DNA of 64,000 nucleotides from an uncultured Acidobacteriota bacterium (GTDB lineage Bacteria; Acidobacteriota; UBA6911; CAINFC01): NCBI GenBank assembly GCA_903847975.1, contig CAINFC010000079.1, positions 75,847 to 139,846 of the forward strand, read 5' to 3'. Shown piece by piece: positions 55,206 to 64,000 of this stretch (position 1 is its first letter; each line of letters starts with the position of its first letter). The notes under the pieces were generated by a model. It saw only the letters and a program-made list of their open reading frames with translations, ran no database searches and was not told where the DNA came from. The position numbers and the translations under genes were made by a program.

Positions 55206-56204
55206 ATGGACATGCTGATGGGAGCAGCAACCGGGCTGGTCGCCTGGTTCATAGTGCGATATTTTGTCGCCGGGATTTATACCGTAAACCAGAATGAGCG
55301 CGCGGTGAAAACCCGCTTCGGCCGGGCGGAGCGCGTGGGAACGGCCACCACACTGCAGGATCCGATTGCCCAGGAGCTGCGACCCGAGGAGACGGAGCGC
55401 TACTGCTATCCTCAGGTGCGGGTCATCCCGCCGGGCGGACCTTACTTCAAATGGCCCTGGGAAAAAGTGTTCAAGGTCTCGGTGGCTACCCAGACCGTGA
55501 ACATGGCCCACGATGTGGAGGATCCCAACGCCAACGCGCAGGGAACCATCCTGGAGGCGGTGACCAAGGATCAGCTGAATACGGGGCTGACCGGCCAGAT
55601 CCGCTATCGGGTGTCGGAGAAAAACCTGTACGCCTATCTATTCGGAGTGAAGCGACCCATCGCCCACGTCATGGGCTACTTCACTTCCGTGCTGCGCGAG
55701 CGAATCGCCAACTTCGAGGCGCCCAGGGAATCGGCGGGGCAGGCCGCGGCCCACACGTCCGAAGGGGCCGCCCCGACCATCGGGGTTTCCATCAACGATT
55801 TGCGTAAAAATCTGCGGGACATCAACGAGCACATGGACCGCGAGTGCGCCTGCTCTTCGGCGCGCTACGGCATTGTTCTGGACGCCTCGCTGATTACCGG
55901 GATCGATCCGCCCGCGGAAGTGGAATCGGCCCTGGCGGCGATCAACACCGCCTACAACCAGGTTTCCTCCGATATCAGCCTGGCGCAGGCTTCCGCGGAC
56001 CAGACTCTGGTGCAGTCGCGCCGCGCGGTGGAAATCGAGACGCTGAGAGCCCAGGCGGAGGTGGAGCCGCTGGTGACCCTGGCCGAGCAGCTGCGGCAGC
56101 TGCGGGGCCACGGGCCCGCCGCCCTGTCCGCATACGTGCGCAATGTGCGGTTGCAGCTTTTCCGCCGGAGCCGGCGCGTGGTTCTGGAGGTGGCTCATGA
56201 CTGA
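55206..56204 (+). CDS. SPFH/Band-7 domain protein (HflK/stomatin-like)
   Basis: N-terminal TM helix, then the SPFH core (VNQNERAVKTRFGR...), then a C-terminal coiled coil. Confidence 0.8.
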   Translation: MDMLMGAATGLVAWFIVRYFVAGIYTVNQNERAVKTRFGRAERVGTATTLQDPIAQELRPEETERYCYPQVRVIPPGGPYFKWPWEKVFKVSVATQTVNMAHDVEDPNANAQGTILEAVTKDQLNTGLTGQIRYRVSEKNLYAYLFGVKRPIAHVMGYFTSVLRERIANFEAPRESAGQAAAHTSEGAAPTIGVSINDLRKNLRDINEHMDRECACSSARYGIVLDASLITGIDPPAEVESALAAINTAYNQVSSDISLAQASADQTLVQSRRAVEIETLRAQAEVEPLVTLAEQLRQLRGHGPAALSAYVRNVRLQLFRRSRRVVLEVAHD

Positions 56205-57111
56205 CTTTACTTTGGCTGCCCTGGTCGTTTTTTTCGGCCTGTTTATCGCGCTGCCTGTGTTGCTGTCGGTGGTCCGGCTTCTGGGCCTTTATGCCATCGT
56301 ACAGGAGAAGCAATGCCGGGTCTACGTTCTGTTCGGCAAGGTGGTGGCCATCCTGGACGAACCGGGAATCCATTGCCTGTGGTTCAAAATGGGGCTCAAG
56401 GCCCTGATCGTCAACTGGCTCGGCCGCTGCTATGTGCTGGATATGCGCCTGGACCAGGAGTACTTGCGCAGCCAGCCGGTCAACTCCGAGGAGGGGGCGC
56501 CGATGGGCATCGGGATCTGGTATGAGATGTTCATCAGCGATCCGGTCTCCTATCTGTTCAAGAATGCGGACCCGCGGGGGTCGCTGGCGGCCAACGTGGG
56601 CAATGCCACTGTCCGCTGCCTGAGCAATATGAAGCTGGCCAACATGATGGAAAACCGCCACGCCATGAGCCAGACGGTGCGCTCCGAGGTCTCCCCCAAA
56701 TCGCACGAGTGGGGATACCGGCTGGGTTCGGTGTACATCCGCAAGGTGCATTTTCGGGATGTGGGCATGATCCGTCAGATCGAAGAGAAGGTGGTCAACC
56801 GGCTCCGGCAGGTGACCTCCGCCATCCGCCAGGATGGAGCAAACCAGGTCGGCATCATCACCAACACCGCCGAGCGCCAGGCAGCGGTCGAATTTGCCAA
56901 GGCGGCAGCCATGCGACCCCAGATCGTGGGGGCGGCCCTGGAGGGAATCTCCCGGGATCGGGAAATCGCCGGTTCCATGTTCGAAATCCTGGAACTGCAG
57001 AACCTTCTGGAAGGCAAGGCGGAGATCGTGCTTTTGCCCAAGGATAACCGGATGCTGGCCGAACTGGCTGCTTCGCAGACGGATCCGCAGGTCCCGTCTG
57101 TGGAGAGCTAG
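56197..57111 (+). CDS. SPFH/Band-7 domain protein (HflC/stomatin-like), overlapping its upstream partner by 8 nt
   Basis: TM helix (LAALVVFFGLFIALPVLL), then the SPFH core (CRVYVLFGKVVAIL...). Confidence 0.75.
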   Translation: MTDFTLAALVVFFGLFIALPVLLSVVRLLGLYAIVQEKQCRVYVLFGKVVAILDEPGIHCLWFKMGLKALIVNWLGRCYVLDMRLDQEYLRSQPVNSEEGAPMGIGIWYEMFISDPVSYLFKNADPRGSLAANVGNATVRCLSNMKLANMMENRHAMSQTVRSEVSPKSHEWGYRLGSVYIRKVHFRDVGMIRQIEEKVVNRLRQVTSAIRQDGANQVGIITNTAERQAAVEFAKAAAMRPQIVGAALEGISRDREIAGSMFEILELQNLLEGKAEIVLLPKDNRMLAELAASQTDPQVPSVES

Positions 57112-57152
57112 GCAATGCCCGTTTCCATTCGGAGCAGAAGCCGGGAGCTGAT

Positions 57153-58475
57153 ATGAGTGCAAAAGAAGATTCCGCGCAGGCGAACGCCGCAGCGACATCG
57201 GCCAGCAGTTCCACGGCCCGCTCGGCCATACAGATCCTGTCCGGGCAGAGCAAAAGGAAAGGCCTGCTGTCGCGGCTGATGCCCTTTTTCGGGCCGGCTT
57301 TCATCGCCAGCGTTGCCTATATCGATCCGGGCAATTTCGCGGCCAATATTCAGAGCGGAGCCCGCTTCGGCTATCTCCTTCTTTGGGTGGTGGTCGCCAG
57401 CAATCTGATGGCGATTCTCATCCAGCTGCTGGCGGCCAAGCTGGGGATTGCCACCGGCCGGAATCTGGCCGAGCAGTGTCGCTGCGATTACCCCAGGCCG
57501 GTGGTTTATTTCCTCTGGGTTCTGATGGAAATCGTGGCGATGGCCACCGACCTGGCGGAGTTCCTGGGGGCGGCCCTGGGTTTCCACCTTCTCCTGGGAG
57601 TTCCGCTGACCATAGGCGGGCTGCTGACTGCGGTGGTGACCTTCCTGATCCTGGGGCTGGAGCGCTATGGCTTTCGTCCCCTGGAGATCGTCATCACCGG
57701 TTTTGTGGCGGTGGTCGCTCTGTCCTACCTGATCGAGATTTTCCTGGCCTCCACCGACTGGGCGCAGGTAGGACGCAGTCTGGTTTCCCCGTCCTTTGCC
57801 GGCCCCGAAAGCCTGGTTCTGGCTTCCGGCATCCTGGGAGCCACAGTCATGCCCCATGCCATTTTTCTGCATTCCGCGCTTACCCAGAACCGCATCGTGG
57901 TGCGCGAGCCGGCTCAGCTGCGGCTTCTCTTCCGCTACCAGATCCTGGATGTGGTCGTCGCCATGGGGGCCGCCGGCCTTATCAATGCCGCCATGCTGAT
58001 CATGGCCGCCTCTACCTTTTTCGGGCAGGGTCTGACTTCTGTGGGGAGTATCGAGGAGGCATACCGGACGCTGGAACCGCTGCTGGGGAAGGCGGCCAGC
58101 TGGGTGTTCGGGATTTCGCTGCTGGCTTCCGGGCTGTCCTCCTCCTCGGTGGGCACCATGGCCGGGCAGGTGATTATGCAGGGATTCATCCGCCGGCATA
58201 TCCCGCCGTGGCTTCGCCGGGTGGTGACCATCGCCCCGTCGCTGCTGGTGATCTTCCTGGGTTTCGATCCCACCCGGACTCTGGTCCTCAGCCAGGTGCT
58301 GCTGAGTTTCGGGCTCCCCTTCGCGATCATTCCCCTGGTTATTTTCACCAGCCGGAGGGACATTATGGGAGTACTGGTCAACCGGCGCCTGACCACAGCG
58401 GCGGCTGCTCTGGCGGCGGGGCTCATCGTTTTGCTCAATTTATTTCTGCTTTACGAGAATCTTTGGGGAGGGTAA
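57153..58475 (+). CDS. mntH: Nramp-family divalent metal cation transporter
   Basis: FGPAFIASVAYIDPGNFA (DPGN) and MPHAIFLHS motifs; 11-12 TM helices. Confidence 0.85.
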   Translation: MSAKEDSAQANAAATSASSSTARSAIQILSGQSKRKGLLSRLMPFFGPAFIASVAYIDPGNFAANIQSGARFGYLLLWVVVASNLMAILIQLLAAKLGIATGRNLAEQCRCDYPRPVVYFLWVLMEIVAMATDLAEFLGAALGFHLLLGVPLTIGGLLTAVVTFLILGLERYGFRPLEIVITGFVAVVALSYLIEIFLASTDWAQVGRSLVSPSFAGPESLVLASGILGATVMPHAIFLHSALTQNRIVVREPAQLRLLFRYQILDVVVAMGAAGLINAAMLIMAASTFFGQGLTSVGSIEEAYRTLEPLLGKAASWVFGISLLASGLSSSSVGTMAGQVIMQGFIRRHIPPWLRRVVTIAPSLLVIFLGFDPTRTLVLSQVLLSFGLPFAIIPLVIFTSRRDIMGVLVNRRLTTAAAALAAGLIVLLNLFLLYENLWGG

Positions 58476-58479
58476 CGTC

Positions 58480-59403
58480 ATGTTCGAGCATCTTCTGGTC
58501 CCTTTGGACGGATCGAAGCTGGCCGAGTCGGTACTGCCGGCGGTTGCCTACCTGGCGCCGACGCTGCAGTCCTCCGTCATGCTCATTCATGTGATCGAAT
58601 CGGCCGCCCATAAGGAAATTCACGGGGACCGCCACCTGACCGAACCCGGGGAGGCGCTGGCCTATCTGCAGGATGCGGCCCGGCGTCGGCTGCCGGAAAG
58701 CATCCGGGTGGAATTCCATGTCCACGAAGAGAAGGAAAAGCAGCTGGCGCAGAGCATTTTCCGGCATTCCCACGAATTTCACTCCGAGATGGTGATTCTC
58801 TGCACCCACGGCCGGCACGGCATGCGCGATTTTCTGTTCGGTTCCATCGCCCAGCAGGTGATTGCCCTGGGAGCCTGTCCCGTCCTGGTTCTGCCGGCCG
58901 AGTGGAACCGGCCGGCGCAGGAGGCCCGCGACTTTACCATCTCGAAAATCCTGGTGCCGCTCGACGGCGACCGGCAGCACGAGCAGTGCCTGCCGGTGGC
59001 GGCGGAGATCGCCCGGGCCTGCCGCGCCGCGCTGCACCTGGTGATGGTGGTTCCCTATTACGAGCACCTGACCGACGAGCCCGCGGCCGCCGGGCGCCTG
59101 CTTCCCGGGACGGCGCTGGCCATGCTGGATCTGGCCCAGGAGGGAGGGGAGCAGTACCTGCGCGAATGCAGCGCCCGGCTGGAGGCGGCGGACATTCCGA
59201 TGAGCGGCGAAGTGATCCGCGGCGAGCCGATCTACCAGGTGATACAGGCTGCGGAAGACACCGGCTCGGATCTGATCATCCTGGGTACGCACGGGAAAAA
59301 GGCCACCGACGCCTTCTGGTCCGGGAGCCTTACCCCCAAGATCGCCTCGCGCACCCGGACCCCGCTTCTCCTGGTGCCGGTGTCCCATTCCAAAGCGGAT
59401 TAG
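58480..59403 (+). CDS. Universal stress protein (tandem UspA domains)
   Basis: Two repeats of the L(V/L)P.DGS...GSVA..V...CPVLV(L/V)P pattern. Confidence 0.8.
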   Translation: MFEHLLVPLDGSKLAESVLPAVAYLAPTLQSSVMLIHVIESAAHKEIHGDRHLTEPGEALAYLQDAARRRLPESIRVEFHVHEEKEKQLAQSIFRHSHEFHSEMVILCTHGRHGMRDFLFGSIAQQVIALGACPVLVLPAEWNRPAQEARDFTISKILVPLDGDRQHEQCLPVAAEIARACRAALHLVMVVPYYEHLTDEPAAAGRLLPGTALAMLDLAQEGGEQYLRECSARLEAADIPMSGEVIRGEPIYQVIQAAEDTGSDLIILGTHGKKATDAFWSGSLTPKIASRTRTPLLLVPVSHSKAD

Positions 59404-59418
59404 GAGGGTGGTGGCGGA

Positions 59419-60687
59419 ATGATTGTCCCGGTAGCCTACGGACGAAAAAGCCTGGAGATTTCGGTTCCCGATTCCTCCGACGTGTTTCGGCCCCGCTTCC
59501 TTCCGGGCCTGCCGGACGAGGCCGGGGCGATACGGGACGGGCTGGAGCGCCCCATCGGCGCGGCCCCGCTGTCCGACCGGGTGCGGCCGCACCACAGGGT
59601 GGTTATTGCCCACAGCGACATCACCCGGGCTACGCCCAACGACCGAATTCTTCCGGTGCTCACCGGAGAGCTGGAGCGCCTGGGGGTCCCCAGGGAAAAT
59701 ATTACCCTGCTGAACGCCCTGGGAACCCACCGCCCGCAGACGGCAGAGGAGCTGCGTGCCATGCTGGGGAGCGGGATGGTGGACCGCTATCGCTGCCTCC
59801 AGCATGATGCCGGTGCGGCGGAAAACCTGGTCCCCCTGGGAGCGACCGGGCGCGGGCACCCGGTGCGCATCAACCGCTTCTGGAAGGAGGCGGATATCCG
59901 GCTGCTGACCGGTTTCATCGAGCCCCACTTTTTCGCCGGATTCAGCGGCGGTCCCAAGGGAGTGCTGCCTGCGCTGGCCGGAGCGGAAAGCGTTCTGACC
60001 AATCACGGCTACGGCATGATTGCCGATCCGCGGGCCACCTGGGGCGTTACCCGCGGCAACCCGATCTGGGAGGAGATGCGCGAAGTTGCCGGCAAGGTTC
60101 CCCCGGCCCTGATCCTGAATGTCACCCTGAACACGGAACGGCGAATCACCGCGGTATTCATCGGGGACCTCGATGCCGCCCACGCCGCCGGCTGCGACTT
60201 CGTGCGCCGCCACGCCATGGTCCCGGTGGAGCGGCCTTACGACATCGTCATTACTTCCAACAGCGGCTATCCCCTGGACCAGAACCTGTATCAGACCGTC
60301 AAGGGAATGAGCGCCGCGGCCCGCATGGTGCGCCGCGGAGGGGCCATTCTCATGGTGGCGGGCTGCGAGGACGGATTGCCGGACCACGGCCTGTATGCCG
60401 GGCTGCTGCGGGAGGCGGGATCTCCGGCCGAAGTGCTGCGCAAGGTTTCGGAGCCCGGATTTGCCGCCCAGGACCAGTGGCAGGTGCAGATCCAGGCCAT
60501 GATCCAGATGCACGCCGATGTCTACGTCTACAGCGGGGGGCTCAGCGACCTACAGATCCGCCAGGCCCTTTTTTCGCCCTGCCGGGATATCGCAGCCGAT
60601 CTGCCCCGCTGGATCAAGCAATACGGGCCCAGGGTCGGTCTGCTGCCGGAAGGCCCGCAGACCGTTCCATGCCTGGGGGAGGCATGA
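59419..60687 (+). CDS. LarA-family protein (nickel-pincer-dependent lactate racemase superfamily, DUF2088)
   Basis: GGAGGG RBS; 422 aa with LarA-like motifs (NALGTHRP, FIEPHFFAGFSGGPKG). No larB/C/E is nearby. Confidence 0.8.
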   Translation: MIVPVAYGRKSLEISVPDSSDVFRPRFLPGLPDEAGAIRDGLERPIGAAPLSDRVRPHHRVVIAHSDITRATPNDRILPVLTGELERLGVPRENITLLNALGTHRPQTAEELRAMLGSGMVDRYRCLQHDAGAAENLVPLGATGRGHPVRINRFWKEADIRLLTGFIEPHFFAGFSGGPKGVLPALAGAESVLTNHGYGMIADPRATWGVTRGNPIWEEMREVAGKVPPALILNVTLNTERRITAVFIGDLDAAHAAGCDFVRRHAMVPVERPYDIVITSNSGYPLDQNLYQTVKGMSAAARMVRRGGAILMVAGCEDGLPDHGLYAGLLREAGSPAEVLRKVSEPGFAAQDQWQVQIQAMIQMHADVYVYSGGLSDLQIRQALFSPCRDIAADLPRWIKQYGPRVGLLPEGPQTVPCLGEA

Positions 60688-62246
60688 AGAGAACCGAATT
60701 TCTGAGGCGTGTTGCCGAGCGGAGCCGCCCGTGGGACATCGCCGTCATCGGCGGAGGAGCGACGGGTATCGGCATTGCCGTCGACGCCGCTTCCCGCGGG
60801 TACGAGGTGCTGTTGCTGGAGCAGAGCGATTTCGGCAAAGGGACTTCCAGCCGCTCCACCAAGCTGATTCACGGCGGGGTGCGCTATCTGCAGCAGGGCA
60901 ACATCTCCCTGGTCATGGAAGCGCTGCAGGAGCGGGGCATCCTGCTGCAGAACGCGCCGCACCTGGTGCGCGACATGCAGTTTGTGGTGCCCAACTACCT
61001 CTGGTGGGAAGCCCCGTTTTACGGCATCGGGCTGAAGGTATACGATCTGCTGGCCGGCAAGTACGGCTTCGGCTCCTCCGAGCTGCTGACCCGGGAGATG
61101 GTCCTGGAGCGGATTCCCACGCTGGAGCAGGAGGGGCTGCGGGGCGGGGTCCTCTATCACGACGGGCAGTTCGACGACAGCCGGCTGCTGATCCACCTGG
61201 CCTTTACGGCCGCCGAGCAGGGGGCCTGCCTGCTGAATTACGCTCCGGTCACCGGGTTGCGGAAGGATGCCGACGGGTTCCTGGACGGGCTCACCTTCCG
61301 CGATACCGAAACCGGTGCGGAATACGACGTCCCGGCCCGATGCGTCATCAATGCCGCCGGGCCTTTCTGCGATGAGGTGCGGCGGCTGGAAGAAGGCGAG
61401 GCGCCGGCCCTGATCAGCCCCAGCCAGGGGGTTCATATCGTGCTGGGTCGCGACTTCCTGCCGGGGGCCACAGCCATCATGGTGCCCCATACGCGGGACG
61501 GAAGGGTGATGTTCGCCATCCCCTGGAACGGCCACGTGGTGGTCGGAACCACGGATACGCCGGTGGAGCGGGCCTCGCTGGAGCCACGGGCGCTGGACCA
61601 GGAAGTGGACTTCATCCTGGAAACCGCCGGCGACTACCTGGCCCGGCGCCCGAACCGCTCCGATATCCTCAGCGTATTTGCCGGGATTCGTCCGCTGGTA
61701 AAGGCCGACTCGAGTGCCAACACTTCGGCGCTCTCGCGGGAGCATACCATCCACGTCTCCCGGGCCGGTCTGCTGACCATCACCGGCGGCAAGTGGACCA
61801 CCTACCGGCGCATGGCCGAGGATGCTGTCAACCACGCCGCGGTTCTGGCCCGGCTGGAGGATCGCCCTTGCGTCACCCGCCGCCTGCAGATCCACGGATA
61901 CCACCAGCAGACGGACCGTTTCGGCTCCCTGGCGGGGTACGGCTCCGATGCGGTTCGACTGGAAAACGCCATGCAGGAGCGCCCGGAGCTGGCCCGCACG
62001 CTGCACGAGGCTCTGCCCATCCGGGAAGTGGAGGTCTGGTGGGCGGTCCGTCAGGAAATGGCCCTCACCCTGGATGATGTTCTGGCCCGGCGGACCCGTG
62101 CGCTGTATCTCCATGCGCGGGCGGCCTGCGAGATGGCCCCGCAGGTGGCCCGTCGGATGGCCGAAGAGCTGGGACGCAGCGAAACCTGGCAGGCGGAGCA
62201 GCGGGAGCAGTTCCGCCAGGTCGCCGCCGGCTTCCTGCCCTCCTGA
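60684..62246 (+). CDS. glpD: FAD-dependent glycerol-3-phosphate dehydrogenase (GlpD/GlpA family)
   Basis: DIAVIGGGATGIGIAVDAASRGYEVLLLEQSDFGKGTSSRSTKLIHGGVRYL N-terminal dinucleotide-binding motif; ATGA overlap with the LarA stop. Confidence 0.8.
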   Translation: MKRTEFLRRVAERSRPWDIAVIGGGATGIGIAVDAASRGYEVLLLEQSDFGKGTSSRSTKLIHGGVRYLQQGNISLVMEALQERGILLQNAPHLVRDMQFVVPNYLWWEAPFYGIGLKVYDLLAGKYGFGSSELLTREMVLERIPTLEQEGLRGGVLYHDGQFDDSRLLIHLAFTAAEQGACLLNYAPVTGLRKDADGFLDGLTFRDTETGAEYDVPARCVINAAGPFCDEVRRLEEGEAPALISPSQGVHIVLGRDFLPGATAIMVPHTRDGRVMFAIPWNGHVVVGTTDTPVERASLEPRALDQEVDFILETAGDYLARRPNRSDILSVFAGIRPLVKADSSANTSALSREHTIHVSRAGLLTITGGKWTTYRRMAEDAVNHAAVLARLEDRPCVTRRLQIHGYHQQTDRFGSLAGYGSDAVRLENAMQERPELARTLHEALPIREVEVWWAVRQEMALTLDDVLARRTRALYLHARAACEMAPQVARRMAEELGRSETWQAEQREQFRQVAAGFLPS

Positions 62247-62440
62247 GCGAAAGCGGCAGCGGCACGCCTCCGCATCGCGTCCCCCGTAGAATTCCGCTAC
62301 TGTTTCCCTGGCCGGGATCACCCCGCTTTCCGGATGAAAAAAGTCCCCGATTTGATTCCCCTCAGGAATTACATTATACTTTTTGAAAACAATAACATTT
62401 TAATCCATGTACCCACATGGGGCTGATGGGAGGCTGGATT

Positions 62441-64000
62441 ATGGTTTCCAAGCGATTCTACGTCTTTTCCCTCGTTTTCTTTTCTCTTCTGTTCCTTATC
62501 GTTATGCCTGTGGCCGCCCAATTGGACCGCGCCACCATTAATGGGATGATTACCGATCCGTCCGGCGCAGTTATTAGCGGTGCCAAGGTAACCGCCGCTC
62601 ACACGGCATCGGGCCTGGTTCGGACAACGGCAACCGAAGCCGGTTCCTACGTATTGCCGCAGCTGCCGATCGGTATGTATACCCTGACCGTAGAAGCGTC
62701 CGGCTTCCAGTCTGTCCGCTTCGAAAAGGTGGAACTTCTGGTCGGACAAAACCGCACCATGGACGCCCAGCTTCAGATTGCGGTCGCTGCGGTCGAAGTG
62801 GAAGTCCGCGATACCATGGTCGCTCTCGACCGGTCCTCGGCCGAAATCGGCAGCGTGATCCAGTCCTCGCAGGTATCCGGGCTGCCGATCAACGGTCGTA
62901 ACTGGGCCTCGCTCATGGTTCTGGCGCCCGGAGCGGTAAACACCGGTGAGGGGTTCCAGGATGATGTCCGGTTTGCCGGGAGGGCCAATGACGACAACAA
63001 CTGGACCTTCGACGGCGTGGACAACACCGCGATCAAGGACCCGACTTACGGAACGGGCGCGCGGCTGGTGGTCAGCATGGATTCCATTGCGGAATTCAAG
63101 GTCAGTTCCAGCCTCTATTCTGCCGAATCCGGTGGCGGGATGGGCGGGCAGGTGAACCTGGTGTCCAAGAGCGGATCCAACGAGTTTCACGGCGGACTGT
63201 TCGAGTACTTCCGCAACAGCGCACTGGATGCCCGGACCATCTTCGACGGTCCGAAGCTTTCCCCCTTCCGGCTGAACCAGTTCGGCGGCAACTTCGGCGG
63301 TCCCATCAAGGCCAACAAGCTGTTCTTCTTCGGCAACTACGAAGGGCTTCGACAGCGGCAGGGCTCGGTCTATACCTACCAGGTGCCCAGCGACTCGCTG
63401 CGCAGCAAGGTGCTGGCCTCGACGCCTTCCCTGAAGAGCATGATCGAGTCCTACCCGCTGGGAATGCGGCCTACCAAAGACCCCAACGTGGACGAGGTGG
63501 TACAGTCCTGGTCCACGCGGAGCAATGAAAACAGCATCATGGGCCGCATCGACTACCAGATCAGCGACCGCACCACGCTGTTCGGCCGGATCAACCTCAA
63601 CAAGGCGCGGATGGAAATCCCCAGCGGCATGCGCCGCGAATGGTTCCAGACGGAAAATCAGTACACCAAGAACCTGATGATTCAGATGCAGAGGACCATA
63701 GGCACCAATACAGTGAACGAAACCCGTTACGGGATTCACCGTGTGCCGCGCATCGAGGAGGACTTCGGCGCCTTCCGGGATTCCTTCAGCATTCCCGGCC
63801 TTTCCTCGCTTCCCGTGGACGATGGCCAGAAGGAGATGGGTACTTCCCATTCTCTCCTCGACAACCTGAGCCTCTTTCATGGGCGGCACAGCCTGAAATT
63901 CGGGGGCGAGGTGCGCCGCGTGCACGTCAACGTCTGGTGGACGGCGTCCGCCTCAGCCAGCTATTCCAGCATGAACGACTTCATCAACAACCGGCTGGAC
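62441..64000 (+). CDS. TonB-dependent receptor-like protein with a carboxypeptidase-regulatory-like N-terminus (5' part; continues beyond the window end)
   Basis: GGGAGG lies 7 nt before the ATG at 62441. Signal peptide present; NGMITDPSGAVISGAKVT CarboxypepD_reg motif. Not in the ORF track because it has no stop within the window. Confidence 0.8.
   Translation, partial: MVSKRFYVFSLVFFSLLFLIVMPVAAQLDRATINGMITDPSGAVISGAKVTAAHTASGLVRTTATEAGSYVLPQLPIGMYTLTVEASGFQSVRFEKVELLVGQNRTMDAQLQIAVAAVEVEVRDTMVALDRSSAEIGSVIQSSQVSGLPINGRNWASLMVLAPGAVNTGEGFQDDVRFAGRANDDNNWTFDGVDNTAIKDPTYGTGARLVVSMDSIAEFKVSSSLYSAESGGGMGGQVNLVSKSGSNEFHGGLFEYFRNSALDARTIFDGPKLSPFRLNQFGGNFGGPIKANKLFFFGNYEGLRQRQGSVYTYQVPSDSLRSKVLASTPSLKSMIESYPLGMRPTKDPNVDEVVQSWSTRSNENSIMGRIDYQISDRTTLFGRINLNKARMEIPSGMRREWFQTENQYTKNLMIQMQRTIGTNTVNETRYGIHRVPRIEEDFGAFRDSFSIPGLSSLPVDDGQKEMGTSHSLLDNLSLFHGRHSLKFGGEVRRVHVNVWWTASASASYSSMNDFINNRLD

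Noticed and set aside
1..64000. CRISPR arrays, insertion sequences, integrases, prophage genes, toxin-antitoxin pairs
   Set aside because: No regularly spaced direct repeats, transposase or integrase motifs, or phage structural genes were seen. The only repeats are the short structured elements reported above.

Overview
A 64 kb high-GC chromosomal segment, probably from an Acidobacteria-like organism: the two largest plus-strand genes are roughly 1,100-aa TonB-dependent-receptor-like proteins with carboxypeptidase-regulatory-like N-termini, and most genes have AGGAGG-type ribosome binding sites. About 50 protein-coding genes are supported. No rRNA, tRNA, CRISPR array, transposase or integrase was seen.

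Main blocks:
- 1..2232 (-): a beta-propeller sensor protein cut by the window edge; it is missing from the supplied ORF track.
- 11231..18285 (+): an operon containing bacillithiol-type genes (BshB1 and BshA, both well matched), a large PIG-L deacetylase, a translationally coupled small membrane protein, a sodium:solute symporter and a short protein with a BshC-like N-terminal motif.
- 22145..22946: an 800-nt intergenic region with a rho-independent terminator, nested palindromes and structured repeats.
- 22947..27234: a convergent gene pair with unusual architecture (a cNMP-binding / degenerate sigma54-activator AAA+ / NapH-like ferredoxin fusion, and a PAS / multiheme cytochrome c).
- 27240..29180: a low-GC islet (FN3 protein, PNPOx-like protein, AT-rich hypothetical) next to a Ser/Thr kinase-TPR gene.
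- 31981..38284: DedA, lpxD, a secreted PIG-L deacetylase plus NagA-like amidohydrolase, an anti-sigma / anti-anti-sigma partner-switching pair and a SpoT-like HD protein.
- 38294..44022: rarA, a TrmH-family methyltransferase and a B12-binding radical SAM gene preceded by a 500-nt structured intergenic region.
- 44203..53043: a 3-keto-glycoside-type sugar catabolic cluster (two Gfo/Idh/MocA enzymes, one with a Tat signal; a HEAT + DUF1080 protein; two TIM-barrel isomerases).
- 53289..62246: FapA, an overlapping SPFH/Band-7 pair, Nramp, Usp, an orphan LarA homologue and GlpD.

The most interesting candidates are the redox-sensor/ferredoxin fusion with its PAS-cytochrome partner, a roughly 90-nt structured element present twice in inverted orientation with G-U wobble covariation, a dispersed short-repeat family, and the atypical bacillithiol operon. 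All calls rest on reading the translations and DNA by eye; no database search was run.
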